Source: Alistipes sp. UBA936
GTDB taxonomy: Bacteria; Bacteroidota; Bacteroidia; Bacteroidales; Rikenellaceae
Assembly: GCA_002293505.1 (NCBI GenBank)
Contig: DBDI01000030.1
Location: 6,350 to 70,349, forward strand
Direction: 5' to 3'
DNA length: 64,000 nucleotides
The notes beneath the pieces were generated by a model. The model was not told the DNA's origin, ran no database searches, and saw only the letters and a program-made list of their open reading frames with translations. Shown here piece after piece: positions 35,052 to 45,442 of this stretch. The translations under genes were made by a program, and so were the position numbers. Each line of letters begins with the position of its first letter. The stretch's first letter is position 1.

Positions 35052-36284
35052 CTACCAGTTCAATATCTTTCGGAAGTCGAAATCCTCCGGCTTTTTCAGA
35101 TATGCTTTTGCTGCTTCGTAGTCGTCCGGTGTGATGTAGGCCAACACGTTGTCGATGAAGGTCTGCACCTTGTCGCAGTTCAGGTCGACCAAACGGGGCG
35201 GTATTTTCTTTGTTGCTGTGTCTTCGAGGTCTTTCAGATACAGCGGCCACACATAGCCTTCCGGATTGACATAGACCATACAGCCCGTGTTGCCTTGCGC
35301 AAATAGCTTGTACACTCCCATCCCCAACAGCGAACAGTAGACCAAATCGTACGCCACCGGCGTCTGGCACCTTACCTCGTATCCGATCTCCACCGGGCGG
35401 CTCTTCACCTTGATGCCCAGTTCCTTGACTCGCTTTTCCAACATCTCGTTGAATATGTGCGCCTTGCTCACCTTGCCCAGCTCGGGGTGTCCGTGGTCGT
35501 CGTACGAGAAGTTCACTCCGCTCTTCTTGATCTCTTCTTCACTCAGTTCGTGGAACACTCCTTCGGAGATTATTGCTGCACCGTAGTCCATTCCCATAAT
35601 CTTTCTCTTGACTATGGACGAGACCACCAGGTCGACTATCTTCTGCACCGTGATCGTGGTCTTGTTGAACATCTCCGGTATTACGATCATCGGATAGTGG
35701 CACGCGCTGCCGATCCCGAATGCCAGGTGACCTGCACTGCGACCCATTGCCGCCAGCACGAACCAGTTTCCGCTCGTCCGCGCATCCACATAGACCGTCC
35801 GCGCAATGACTGCACCTTTGTCCTTTGCCGACTGATAGCCGAAGGTCGGCATTCCGTCCGGTAGCGGCAGGTCGTTGTCAATAGTTTTCGGTACGTGGAT
35901 GTTGGCTACCGGATACTTGTTCGTCTCCAGGAAAGCTGCGATTCTGTTTGCTGTCGAGGCTGTGTCGTCTCCTCCGACCGTTACGAGCAGTTTGACGTTG
36001 TTCTTCTTGAAGAATTCGAGGTTGAAGTTCTTGTCGAAGTCCTCTTGCGAGGGTTTGAACCGGCTCATTTGCAGGAACGATCCTCCTCTGTTGAAGATAT
36101 CGTCTGCCATTGGGAAGTCGATATCGACTGTTTTCCCGTCTGTGCTGAACAGCCCGCTGTATCCTCCGTGCAGCCCTATCACTCGGTATCCTTTTTGTAG
36201 AAAAGTCTTTGCGACGCTTCCCACGACCGTATTCATTCCCGGCGCGGGCCCGCCACCCGTCAGTATTGCAATAGCTTCTTTCAT
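35052..36284 (-). CDS. 6-phosphofructokinase / PPi-dependent phosphofructokinase family
   Basis: ILTGGGPAPGMN, VGGDDT, PKTIDNDL, MGR.AGHLA. Confidence 0.85.
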   Translation of the reverse strand: MKEAIAILTGGGPAPGMNTVVGSVAKTFLQKGYRVIGLHGGYSGLFSTDGKTVDIDFPMADDIFNRGGSFLQMSRFKPSQEDFDKNFNLEFFKKNNVKLLVTVGGDDTASTANRIAAFLETNKYPVANIHVPKTIDNDLPLPDGMPTFGYQSAKDKGAVIARTVYVDARTSGNWFVLAAMGRSAGHLAFGIGSACHYPMIVIPEMFNKTTITVQKIVDLVVSSIVKRKIMGMDYGAAIISEGVFHELSEEEIKKSGVNFSYDDHGHPELGKVSKAHIFNEMLEKRVKELGIKVKSRPVEIGYEVRCQTPVAYDLVYCSLLGMGVYKLFAQGNTGCMVYVNPEGYVWPLYLKDLEDTATKKIPPRLVDLNCDKVQTFIDNVLAYITPDDYEAAKAYLKKPEDFDFRKILNW

Positions 36285-36343
36285 TGTGAGTATGGATTTT
36301 GTTGAACCGCAAATTTATAAAATTTTTTCATAACTTTGCCTCA

Positions 36344-37483
36344 ATGAAAAGACTTATTCTCTTCTTCTCGCTCGTCTTGTTGGCTTCGTGCAATGGTGGG
36401 CCTGATTCGGATCCGTGGTCTGAGGAGTTCTCTCGTAACACCAACTTCGACGTTCCCGCCCTCACCGACGACAACACCATACGGTTCTCGTTCTCTTCCG
36501 GCTCCGGTGGTGGTACCCTCGAGGTTATCCTGATGGGCGACCACATTGCTGTCGACTGGGGCGACGATTCTGTTACTAAAGATATCCACCCCGAAAATGG
36601 TAAGGCCCGGCAGCCTTTTTTCCGACATACTTACACCTCGTCCGGTGATTTCACTGTTAGGATTTGGTCTTCCGAGGTCGAATTCATCTCCGTTTCGGCG
36701 CTTGGGCAGAACTTCGGCGTGCTTCATATCGGTAACTGCCCCGCGCTCAAATACGCTCACCTGAATAGTTTTTCATCTAACAGTTCGCTCGATCTCTCCG
36801 GTTGCCCGGCTCTGCGACAGCTCAACCTTGGTAATTGGGCTCAGCTTCAGTCGCTCGACCTCGACGGATGTACGCAACTCGAGCAGGCCGACTTCTATAC
36901 CCTTCCGTCTCTTCGCTCTCTCGACCTGAGTGGTAACGAAAATCTGGCCCACCTGCGCTGTCCCGATTCTGCCCTGACCGAACTGATCCTCGACGGATGC
37001 GACCGCCTTTTCACTATCGACTTTTCGCGTACCCGTATCTCGTCGTTCGACTTCTCACAACACCCTCTCCTGGCGAACATCCTGTGTAGCGGCTCAGACC
37101 TGACCGAGCTCGACGTCTCTGCTAACGAGCGGTTGCGATTCCTGGAGTGTATGGGCCTCGGATTGACTTCGTTGGATCTTTCGGGTAACCCTCTCTTGAG
37201 CGAGCTCCACGCGACCGATAACTCCCTGACCGAGCTCGACGTCACCGCTAATCAGTCGTTCCGGTTCCTTCACATCGACAATAACCTCCTCAGCGCCGAT
37301 AGCCTTAACGCCATCTTCTCTGCCCTGCCTTCGTTCGACGCCTCCTTCGCCTCCTCGGCCTCCTTCGCCTCCCGGATGCCTCCTCCGCCTCCTCGTCCTT
37401 CGGCTATATGGTTCTCCGGTAACCCTGGTTCGGCTGCTTGCGATGTGACGATCCTTGCCGACAAACACTGGGTGGTCAAGTAA
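36344..37483 (+). CDS. leucine-rich repeat lipoprotein
   Basis: Lipobox FFSLVLLASC. About 10 LRR units (LxxLDLSGCxxLxxL...) and a C-terminal low-complexity FASSASFAS/PPPPPRP tail. -7 box at 36331-36338, 5 nt from the ATG. Confidence 0.75.
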   Translation: MKRLILFFSLVLLASCNGGPDSDPWSEEFSRNTNFDVPALTDDNTIRFSFSSGSGGGTLEVILMGDHIAVDWGDDSVTKDIHPENGKARQPFFRHTYTSSGDFTVRIWSSEVEFISVSALGQNFGVLHIGNCPALKYAHLNSFSSNSSLDLSGCPALRQLNLGNWAQLQSLDLDGCTQLEQADFYTLPSLRSLDLSGNENLAHLRCPDSALTELILDGCDRLFTIDFSRTRISSFDFSQHPLLANILCSGSDLTELDVSANERLRFLECMGLGLTSLDLSGNPLLSELHATDNSLTELDVTANQSFRFLHIDNNLLSADSLNAIFSALPSFDASFASSASFASRMPPPPPRPSAIWFSGNPGSAACDVTILADKHWVVK

Positions 37484-37517
37484 TAATCCCTGCGGCCGCC
37501 ACGTTATATGTTTACCG

Positions 37518-38144
37518 ATGAAACGGCTTTTTCTCATACTCGTTGTCCTTTTGCTGGCGGTCTCCTCGGCCGAGGCTGCTCGTCCTCGTAAGGCCCGCGA
37601 CTCGAAACCCGAGCGCTTTTCCGGCCGCGACGTTTCTCACATCACCGTCGACACCGACGCGCGTGGTGACACCACCGCCGTGTACATCTACCTGAACCGC
37701 GTCTACTGTTTTGCCAAACCGATGGATATGTCTAAGCACCGTAAGCTCGTTCGCGACTTCCGTAAGGTCTACCCCCTTGCGTTGGTTGCCCGCGAGAAGA
37801 TGGCCGGTTTCGAGGAGCAGCTCCTGGCTCTCCCCACCCGTAAGGCCCAACGCGAGTTCTCCAAACGTACCGAAAAATCGCTCATCGCCGAATACGAGCC
37901 AACGATGCGCCGTATGACCGTTTCTCAGGGTAAGATCCTCGTTAGATTGATCGACCGCGAGACCGAGATGACTTCTCACCAGATTATTAAGGAGTTTCGC
38001 GGCGGTTTTGTTGCCGGATTTTGGCAGGGTGTCGCTCGTATCTTCGGCCACAACCTCAAGGACGAGTACGACGCTGCCGATCGCGACCGTATGATCGAGC
38101 AGTGTATCCTGATGTATAACGCTGGATTGCTTCCCGAATACTAA
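37518..38144 (+). CDS. DUF4294-like secreted protein
   Basis: Signal peptide MKRLFLILVVLLLAVSSAEA. Overall resemblance (ARMTVSQGKILVRLIDRETE..., FRGGF) to a conserved Bacteroidota family of unknown function. Confidence 0.55.
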   Translation: MKRLFLILVVLLLAVSSAEAARPRKARDSKPERFSGRDVSHITVDTDARGDTTAVYIYLNRVYCFAKPMDMSKHRKLVRDFRKVYPLALVAREKMAGFEEQLLALPTRKAQREFSKRTEKSLIAEYEPTMRRMTVSQGKILVRLIDRETEMTSHQIIKEFRGGFVAGFWQGVARIFGHNLKDEYDAADRDRMIEQCILMYNAGLLPEY

Positions 38145-39589
38145 AGCAACGGACTGAGCAGCCTCGCCAAGGACTCCCGGGCTGACGCGTGCCACGGGCG
38201 TAGACTCCACTCTTGCAGGGTGACGATGCGCGAGTTTCCCAGATCGCGATGGAACGACTCTTCCAGCTCTCCGGCCAACTTCCTGTCATAGATCAGTGCC
38301 GACACCTCGAAGTTGTCCTCGAAACTTCTCACATCCATATTCGCCGACCCGACCGAGCAGAACTCCCCGTCGATGATCACCACCTTGGAGTGGTTGAACC
38401 CCGCCTGATACATATAAACCTTTATTCCCGCCTCCAGTAGCTCCTCCACATACGAGCGCGTCGCCCAGTAAACCAACCGCGAGTCCGACCTCGCCGGTAT
38501 CAGCAGCCGCACATCCACACCGCTCAGTGCCGCCACCTTCATCGCGGTCAGAAGTGCTCCGTCGGGCGTGAAATATGGTGTCGAGATATAAATCCTGCTT
38601 CTGGCCCGTGTGATTGCCGAAAAGAACGCTTGCATAATTGCCGACCAGTCGCTGTCGGGCCCCGAGACGGCGATCTGCATCGGACACACCTCCTCCACCG
38701 TGCTCTCCCCGAAGTAGTCTTCCGCTCTCAGTAGTTCTTTTCGTCTCACGAACCGCCAGTCGGTGATGAAGACCGCTTGTAGCAGATTGACCGCCTCGCC
38801 TTCGATCTTCAGATGCACATCCCTCCACCTCCCCAGCCTCGTTCCCGCCAGATACCTCTCCGCCACATTTATTCCTCCCGTGTACGCCACCTCTCCGTCT
38901 ATCACTGCTATTTTTCTGTGGTTTCGGTAGTTCAGCCTGCTCGACAGCCACGGGAACGCCACCGGCATAAAACACTCCACGTTCACTCCCGCCTGCCTCA
39001 TCTTTCGAAAGATCCACCCTTCGGTCCACAGCGTTCCCACTCCGTCGTAAATCAGCCTCACTTCGACTCCTTCTCGCGCTTTGTTCATCAGTATCTTTGC
39101 CACTCGGCGCCCCAGCCGGTCGTTCTCAAAGATGTAGTACTCCAAGTGTATCGAGCGCCGCGCCCCTTTCAGCGCTTCGAACAGCGATGCGAACGTAGCT
39201 TTGCCGTTCTGTAACACTTCCACCCGGTTGTGCATCGCCAGTAGTGCGCGCGAGTTGCGCAACATCAATCTGATTGTTCCTGCATTGTTTTCGATTTCGG
39301 GGGTTGCTTCGAGCGTCGGGCCGGAGAGTCTCGAAAACTGCCTTCGCGAAACGGCCTCCAGGTAGTCCTCATCGAGTATTCCCTTTCTGGAGAACATCTT
39401 TCGCTTTCTCCAGTTTCGCCCCACCAGCGAATACACCCCCAAGCCCAGAACGGGCACCAATGCCACCAATGCTATCCAGGCGAGTGATTTTGTCGGGTCT
39501 CGCTTTTCGGCCACGATCACACCGATAGTCGCCACGACCATCACGCCGTAGAGTACCGCAATCGCGATCTGAACCCACCCCCAAGTCAT
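38141..39589 (-). CDS. cls: cardiolipin synthase (PLD superfamily)
   Basis: Two HKD motifs (HRKIAVIDG..., HSKVVIIDG...GSANMD) and two N-terminal TM helices. The ATG at 39589 avoids overlap with deoC. Confidence 0.85.
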   Translation of the reverse strand: MTWGWVQIAIAVLYGVMVVATIGVIVAEKRDPTKSLAWIALVALVPVLGLGVYSLVGRNWRKRKMFSRKGILDEDYLEAVSRRQFSRLSGPTLEATPEIENNAGTIRLMLRNSRALLAMHNRVEVLQNGKATFASLFEALKGARRSIHLEYYIFENDRLGRRVAKILMNKAREGVEVRLIYDGVGTLWTEGWIFRKMRQAGVNVECFMPVAFPWLSSRLNYRNHRKIAVIDGEVAYTGGINVAERYLAGTRLGRWRDVHLKIEGEAVNLLQAVFITDWRFVRRKELLRAEDYFGESTVEEVCPMQIAVSGPDSDWSAIMQAFFSAITRARSRIYISTPYFTPDGALLTAMKVAALSGVDVRLLIPARSDSRLVYWATRSYVEELLEAGIKVYMYQAGFNHSKVVIIDGEFCSVGSANMDVRSFEDNFEVSALIYDRKLAGELEESFHRDLGNSRIVTLQEWSLRPWHASARESLARLLSPLL

Positions 39590-39618
39590 AGTTTTTCTGC
39601 CGCCTCCCGGGGCGACCC

Positions 39619-40479
39619 TTATTGTTCGAGCGCTTCGACCAGATTGTCCAGCAACCCGCTCGCTCCGATCCTGAAAAGCTTCGGCCCCAGCCACTCTCTC
39701 CCCAACAGCTGCTCCACAATCGTGTAGTACAGCGAGGCTTCGGCAGGTGTTCTCACTCCTCCCGCAACTTTCACACCCACCTTCCGCCCCGTCCGCTCGT
39801 AGAAATCCCTCACCGCCTCACACATCACCACCACTGCTTCGGGTGTTGCTGCCACATCTATCTTCCCCGTCGAGGTCTTCACAAAATCCGCTCCCGCCAT
39901 CATTGCCACCAAAGCCGCATCCCGAATCCTCTCCGGCGTTCCCAAGGCCCCCGTCTCCAGAATCACCTTCAGCACCGTCTCCTCGCCCACTTCTTCCCGC
40001 AACAGCTCCAACGTCCCTCCCATCCGGTCTACCTCTCCGTCCATCAGTTCTCCCACCGAGATCACCACATCCACTTCGTCCGCTCCGCTCTCCACTGCCA
40101 TCGCTGCTTCCAGCATCTTCACCTCTATGAAGGTTTGCGATGACGGGAATCCTCCCGCCACACTTGTTATGGCTATCGGCGACGAGCCCAGCGCAAGCGC
40201 CACCACATCTACAAATACAGGATACACACACACGCTTGCCGGTGCCGGTAGCCCCGGATGCTCCAATGCGAACCGCGCTGCTCGACCTGCAAACTCACCA
40301 ACCGAGCGGTCGGAGTCTGTCACCGACAGCGTGGTCAGATCTATCGCCCCCAGACACGCCTTCCACACCTGGGCATTCTCATTCTTCGGCGCCGCCTTCC
40401 TCGCTCTCGCCACCAGTTCCGCGACCCTCGCCTCGTCCGGCGCCGGTGCAAATTCCGAAAGCCTTACCGCGTAGCTCAT
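39619..40479 (-). CDS. deoC: deoxyribose-phosphate aldolase
   Basis: TIM-barrel DeoC pattern with the Schiff-base lysine in FVKTSTGK. ATGA overlap with the upp stop. Confidence 0.85.
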   Translation of the reverse strand: MSYAVRLSEFAPAPDEARVAELVARARKAAPKNENAQVWKACLGAIDLTTLSVTDSDRSVGEFAGRAARFALEHPGLPAPASVCVYPVFVDVVALALGSSPIAITSVAGGFPSSQTFIEVKMLEAAMAVESGADEVDVVISVGELMDGEVDRMGGTLELLREEVGEETVLKVILETGALGTPERIRDAALVAMMAGADFVKTSTGKIDVAATPEAVVVMCEAVRDFYERTGRKVGVKVAGGVRTPAEASLYYTIVEQLLGREWLGPKLFRIGASGLLDNLVEALEQ

Positions 40480-41132
40480 AGCTTGTCTCCGTATGCCAGA
40501 TCACCCGCGTCGCCCAGACCCGGAATGATGTACGACTTCACTGTCAGCTCCTCATCCACCGCGCCACACCACACTGTGACCTCCCTTTCGGGCAGGTTTT
40601 CACGCACGTAAGCCACTCCCTCTTCCGATCCGATCACTGCGCAGATGTGGGTATGTTTCGGGGTGCCTCCTTTTTCGAGTAGCGCTTTGTACGTCAACAC
40701 TATGGAGGTTCCCGTCGCCAGCATCGGGTCGACCAGAATCAGCGTTTTGCCTTCCAGGTTGCCACACGAGATGTACTCCACCTTCACCTTAAAGGTTCCG
40801 TCCTTGCTGTACTTTCTGAATGCCGACACGAATGCGTTGGACGCTCCGTCGAAGTAGTTCAGAAACCCCTGATGGTACGGTATTCCGGCTCTCAGTATCG
40901 TTGCTATCACCACATCTTCGCCCGTCGGTAGCGCCACCACTGCTTCTCCCAGCGGGGTTTCGATCACCTGCTCCGAGTAGTTCATCGTTTTGCTTATCTC
41001 GTATGCTGTGATTTCGCCTGCTCGTTCGAGGTTTCGACGGAAGCGCATACTGTCTCCCTGCACTCTCACGTCTCGCATCTCGGCGATGAAGCGGTTTAGA
41101 ATGGTGTTTTGCTTGTCAAGAATCCGAACCAT
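40476..41132 (-). CDS. upp: uracil phosphoribosyltransferase
   Basis: ILRAG and the PRPP-binding loop LILVDPMLATGTS; GLGDAGD. Confidence 0.9.
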   Translation of the reverse strand: MVRILDKQNTILNRFIAEMRDVRVQGDSMRFRRNLERAGEITAYEISKTMNYSEQVIETPLGEAVVALPTGEDVVIATILRAGIPYHQGFLNYFDGASNAFVSAFRKYSKDGTFKVKVEYISCGNLEGKTLILVDPMLATGTSIVLTYKALLEKGGTPKHTHICAVIGSEEGVAYVRENLPEREVTVWCGAVDEELTVKSYIIPGLGDAGDLAYGDKL

Positions 41133-41147
41133 AGTCTGTCTGTTCTG

Positions 41148-42317
41148 TTAGTATAGATAATTGTTAAACGGATATCGTCCCGCGTGAATCTCCCTCACCA
41201 TATGATACAGGTCTTCCCTGAGCCTGTCAATCCCTATTTTCTCCCGCGCCGAGATGAAGATTGCCGGTGCATTCTCTTTTCCCATCCACGTTTTCTTCAG
41301 ATCATCCAGCGAGAGGTTCTCTCTCCCTGCCGGGGTCAGATCGTCCTCATCCTTTTTAATGTAGGTATACGCGTCTATCTTGTTGAAGACCATAAACACC
41401 GGCTTGTCTCCCGCTCCGATATCAGCCAGCGTTTGCCTCACCACGCCTATCTGCTCCTCGAATCCCGGATGGGATATGTCCACCACGTGCAGCAACAAGT
41501 CTGCCTCTCTCACCTCATCCAGCGTCGACTTGAACGACTCCACCAGTTCGGTCGGTAGCTTCCTTATGAACCCCACCGTATCGCTTAGCAGGAACGGCAG
41601 GTTTTCCAGTACCACTTTTCTCACCGTCGTGTCGAGCGTTGCGAATAGTTTGTTCTCCGCAAACACATCGCTCTTCGCAATGAGGTTCATCAGCGTCGAC
41701 TTCCCCACATTCGTGTACCCCACCAGCGCCACCCTCACCATCCCTCCTCTGCCTCCTCTCTGGGTTGCCATCTGCCGGTCGATCTTCTTTAGTTCCTCTT
41801 TCAGATGCGCTATCCGCTCTCTCACCCTCCTTCGGTCCGTCTCGATTTCTCTTTCTCCCGCTCCGCCTCTTGTTCCTGTTCCTCCTCTTTGCCTCTCCAG
41901 GTGGGTCCACATTCCCGTTAGCCTCGGTAGCATATACTCCAGTTGCGCGACTTGCACTTGTGTCTTGGCGTATGCTGTTTCTGCTCTCGTCGTGAAGATG
42001 TTGAGTATTAGCCTCGTCCTGTCGATCACTCGGCAGGGGATGATTTTTTCGATGTTTCTCGTTTGCGATGGCGACAACTCGTCGTCGAAAATCACCACAT
42101 CCACCTCGTTCTCTTCGCAGTACCTGGCCACTTCATCCAGTTTTCCCGGCCCCATATAGATTCTCGAGTTTGGGGTCGAGAGTTTTTGCGTGAAGCGTCT
42201 TATTGTTTCGGCTCCCGCTGTGTGTGCCAAAAACGCAAGCTCATCGAGGTATTCGGCGGCTTGCGTTTCTGTTACTTTATCCGTTATGACCGTTGCTAAA
42301 ACGGCTCTCATAGGCAT
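41148..42317 (-). CDS. hflX: GTPase HflX
   Basis: HflX N-domain with the Gly-rich TRGGAGEREIETDRR, G1 GYTNVGKST, DTVGF, NKID. Confidence 0.9.
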   Translation of the reverse strand: MPMRAVLATVITDKVTETQAAEYLDELAFLAHTAGAETIRRFTQKLSTPNSRIYMGPGKLDEVARYCEENEVDVVIFDDELSPSQTRNIEKIIPCRVIDRTRLILNIFTTRAETAYAKTQVQVAQLEYMLPRLTGMWTHLERQRGGTGTRGGAGEREIETDRRRVRERIAHLKEELKKIDRQMATQRGGRGGMVRVALVGYTNVGKSTLMNLIAKSDVFAENKLFATLDTTVRKVVLENLPFLLSDTVGFIRKLPTELVESFKSTLDEVREADLLLHVVDISHPGFEEQIGVVRQTLADIGAGDKPVFMVFNKIDAYTYIKKDEDDLTPAGRENLSLDDLKKTWMGKENAPAIFISAREKIGIDRLREDLYHMVREIHAGRYPFNNYLY

Positions 42318-42332
42318 TCCCCTTCCCGGGCC

Positions 42333-43007
42333 CTATTGCTGCAAAATGAAATCTACCGGTAGGATGTAGTACACACGTACCGGTCGTCCGCGGTTCTTTC
42401 CCGGCTCCCACTTCGGCGAGGAGAGTAGCACTCTTCGCGCTTCTTCCGTTAGCGAGCGATCCGGCGATCCCAGTTCTTCGATATTTGTCAGGGTTCCGTC
42501 CCTTTCGATCACGAATCGCAGGGTTACTTTTCCTTGAATGTTTGCTTCTTGCGCTATGGTCGGATAGCGTAGACGTTCGATAACCCAGCTTCTGAACTTC
42601 ATCAGGTCACCTCCCTGGAACGAGGGGTATTCCTGCGGGTTGAAGGTTGGTATTTCTTCGACTTCTTCTTCCGCTACTTGCGGTACTTCGATCACAAAGT
42701 CTTCGTCGAATTCGTCGAATGTATAGTCTGTGGTGATTTGTTGGTCGTTCTTGACCACATCGAGGAAGTCCGAGAACACTTGATTTGCCTGTGGTCTTAC
42801 TTCGGGTGGTTTTTGGTCTTGTTCGGTGTTGACGATAACTTCTTGTTCGACTGGTGCGATGTCTTCGACCAGGGATTCGATCTTTTTCTCGCTCTGTCCC
42901 CAGTTGAACGCGAGCACCATAGCACCGAGGGCGACGATCAGCCCGATCTCGGCAAACAGCACTCTGCGGTTCTGCAGGTCGGCCTTTTTGGTTTTTTTGG
43001 CTTCCAT
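42333..43007 (-). CDS. energy transducer TonB family protein
   Basis: N-terminal TM anchor, a Pro/Glu-rich linker, and a C-terminal TonB_C fold (...GKVTLRFVIERDGTL...W.PG...G.PV). Confidence 0.8.
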   Translation of the reverse strand: MEAKKTKKADLQNRRVLFAEIGLIVALGAMVLAFNWGQSEKKIESLVEDIAPVEQEVIVNTEQDQKPPEVRPQANQVFSDFLDVVKNDQQITTDYTFDEFDEDFVIEVPQVAEEEVEEIPTFNPQEYPSFQGGDLMKFRSWVIERLRYPTIAQEANIQGKVTLRFVIERDGTLTNIEELGSPDRSLTEEARRVLLSSPKWEPGKNRGRPVRVYYILPVDFILQQ

Positions 43008-43114
43008 AGGTTTATTTAAGGTTGTTTTAGTTTAGTCGTTTTGTACCTGTATTAGCGGTTCCGCAAATGTACGATGTTTTAGTAGAAAAACCAAATAAAT
43101 TTTAACTTTACGGC

Positions 43115-44152
43115 GTGGAACGCGACTCTCTGTTCGGTAAAACTCTTTCCGAGTTGGCTTCGGTGGCCTCCTCGGCCGGATTGCCTCGCTTCGGCGCAGG
43201 GCAGTTGGCGGCGTGGTTGTACCGTAAGGGTGCGACCGACGTCGCTTCTATGACCGACCTTCCGAAAGCCGCCCGTGGGTTTTTGGAGGAAAACTTCTCC
43301 CTCGGCGCATCCGACCCCCTCTCCTGCGTCGCCTCCCGGGACGGTACTCGTAAATATCTTTTTGAGCCCGGGGTCGAGGCTGTGATGATTCCCGACTTCG
43401 GCCGCGAGGGTTCTCGCTCCACTCTTTGCCTCTCTTCCCAGATGGGTTGCCGTATGGGTTGTGCTTTTTGCGCCACCGGTCGTATGGGGTTGGTTCGCAA
43501 CCTCTCTTCGGGCGAGATCCTCAACCAGTTCGCCCGCCTGCCCGAACACAACGAGCTCACGAATGTCGTCTATATGGGTATGGGCGAGCCGTTGGACAAC
43601 CTCGACGCCGTTCTCGCCTCGCTCGACATCCTCACCTCTCCTTGGGGTTACTCCTGGAGCCCCTCCCGTGTCACCCTCTCCACTGCCGGGGTCGCTCCCG
43701 CCCTCGAACGGTTCCTTGTCGAGAGCCGCGTCCACCTTGCCGTCAGCCTCCATAGCCCCTTCCCCGACGAGCGCGCCTCCATTATGCCCATCGAGCGTGC
43801 ATACCCCATCGAGGATATCGTCCGTATCATCCGCCGCCACTCGTTCGAGCCTCAGCGGCGCGTCAGCTTCGAGTACATCGTTCTGGCCGGGTTCAACGAC
43901 TCTCCGCGCCACGTCGCCGGCCTGGCTAAATTGCTAAACGGGCTTAGTTGCCGTATCAACCTTATCCGCTTCCACCGCATCCCCGACTCTCCCTTCTTCA
44001 GTCCTCCTCTTGCCGCTGTCGAAAGGTTCCGCGATGCCCTCTCTGCTAAGGGCCTTCGTACCACTATTCGCGCCTCCCGCGGCGAGGATATCGAGGCTGC
44101 GTGCGGATTATTATCAACAAATTCGTTACCTTTGCACTCGTATGAAACGTAA
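43115..44152 (+). CDS. rlmN: 23S rRNA (adenine2503-C2)-methyltransferase, radical SAM
   Basis: CxxxCxxC (GCRMGCAFCATG), VYMGMGEPLDN, and the C-terminal SRGEDIEAACG. GTG start. Confidence 0.9.
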   Translation: MERDSLFGKTLSELASVASSAGLPRFGAGQLAAWLYRKGATDVASMTDLPKAARGFLEENFSLGASDPLSCVASRDGTRKYLFEPGVEAVMIPDFGREGSRSTLCLSSQMGCRMGCAFCATGRMGLVRNLSSGEILNQFARLPEHNELTNVVYMGMGEPLDNLDAVLASLDILTSPWGYSWSPSRVTLSTAGVAPALERFLVESRVHLAVSLHSPFPDERASIMPIERAYPIEDIVRIIRRHSFEPQRRVSFEYIVLAGFNDSPRHVAGLAKLLNGLSCRINLIRFHRIPDSPFFSPPLAAVERFRDALSAKGLRTTIRASRGEDIEAACGLLSTNSLPLHSYET

Positions 44153-44660
44153 ACACATAGTTATCCTGATCGTCGCCTTGTTGGTTGTCGACCAGATATC
44201 CAAAGTCCTCGTCAAGACCAATATGTCTCTCGGTGAGAGCATCCACGTATTCGGTAATTGGTTCCAGATCTGCTTCGTGGAGAACGAGGGGGCTGCTTTC
44301 GGTATGTCTCTCGGGGGTCGGTTCGGTAAGATCGCCCTTAGCCTTTTCCGTATCGTTGCCGTCTGCGCTATCGGTTGGTACTTGAACCACCTTTACGCTC
44401 GTAAAGCTCCCTCCGGCGTTCTGGTCGGCGTTGCTATGATCCTTGCCGGGGCTCTTGGTAACATCATCGACAGCGCCTTCTACGGTATCATTTGGGATTA
44501 CGCTCCGTTTCTCTACGGTCGGGTCGTCGATATGCTCTACTTCCCTCTGTTCACAATCGGTAACTTCACTTTTTTCTCTCCCGTGTTCAACCTTGCCGAC
44601 AGTTACATTTGCGTGGCGGTGTTCTACCTGATCATCTTTAATTGGAAATACTTCAAGTAG
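44142..44660 (+). CDS. lspA: lipoprotein signal peptidase II
   Basis: DQISK, NEGAAFG, FNLADS. The ATG at 44142 is supported by tacctttg at 44127-44134. It overlaps the rlmN 3' end by 11 nt. Confidence 0.85.
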   Translation: MKRKHIVILIVALLVVDQISKVLVKTNMSLGESIHVFGNWFQICFVENEGAAFGMSLGGRFGKIALSLFRIVAVCAIGWYLNHLYARKAPSGVLVGVAMILAGALGNIIDSAFYGIIWDYAPFLYGRVVDMLYFPLFTIGNFTFFSPVFNLADSYICVAVFYLIIFNWKYFK

Positions 44661-44662
44661 TT

Positions 44663-45382
44663 ATGAAAACGCTCTTACTCTTCCTGGCTATGATTTCATC
44701 CTCTCTCCCTTCGTCCGACGTTATCGCCACTCGCGACGGCGACACAATGACTGCTCACTTCTTCGGCCACGGTAGCGTCGGCTTCACCTCCCACGGCCTC
44801 ACTTTCTACGTCGACCCCGTTGCTCCTTACGCCGACTGGGCGAGCCTTCCCAAGGCGGACTTCATCCTGGTCAGCCACGAGCACGGCGACCACCTCGATG
44901 CGGCGGCTATTAAGGCACTTTCGAAACCCACCACTGTTGTTCTCGGTAACGTTACCGCCATCGAAGCTCTTGGTTACGGCGCTGTGTTGGCTTACGACAA
45001 ATACCACCTCGCTCCCTTCGGCGTGAGGATCGAGGCTGTTCCGGCTTACAATACCTCTCCCGAGAAGCAGAACTTCCACCCCAAAGCCAGCCTGCACAAC
45101 GGTTATATCCTCACTCTGGGCGGTAGCCGCGTCTACGTTGCAGGCGACAGCGAACCCACTCCCGAGATGCTCGCCCTGCGCGACATCGACGTCGCTTTCC
45201 TGCCCGTCAACCTTCCTTACACTATGACCGAGGAGCAGGCCGCCTCCGCCGTCCGGGCTATCCGGCCGACCATTTTCTATCCGTACCATTACGGCGGAAC
45301 CGACCATAAGACCGACCTCGACAAGCTCGCCCGCCTCATTGCGGACACCGGCGTCGAGATGCGTGTCCGGCCTCTGGAATAG
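44663..45382 (+). CDS. MBL-fold metallo-hydrolase (secreted)
   Basis: Signal peptide; HEHGDH motif, a downstream His/Asp, and a YPYHY tail. Confidence 0.75.
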   Translation: MKTLLLFLAMISSSLPSSDVIATRDGDTMTAHFFGHGSVGFTSHGLTFYVDPVAPYADWASLPKADFILVSHEHGDHLDAAAIKALSKPTTVVLGNVTAIEALGYGAVLAYDKYHLAPFGVRIEAVPAYNTSPEKQNFHPKASLHNGYILTLGGSRVYVAGDSEPTPEMLALRDIDVAFLPVNLPYTMTEEQAASAVRAIRPTIFYPYHYGGTDHKTDLDKLARLIADTGVEMRVRPLE

Positions 45383-45442
45383 TCCGTCGGTTAGTTAGTT
45401 GGCCGCGTTGTTTGGCGCGAAATTTGAAATGCCGCTGTGGGT

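Noticed and set aside
37320-37400. Repetitive gcctccttcgcctcctcggcctccttcgcctcc tract at the 3' end of the LRR lipoprotein gene
   Set aside because: It is a short low-complexity coding repeat (FASSASFAS followed by PPPPPRP), in frame within a well-supported ORF. I treated it as a disordered C-terminal tail and did not report it as a separate element.
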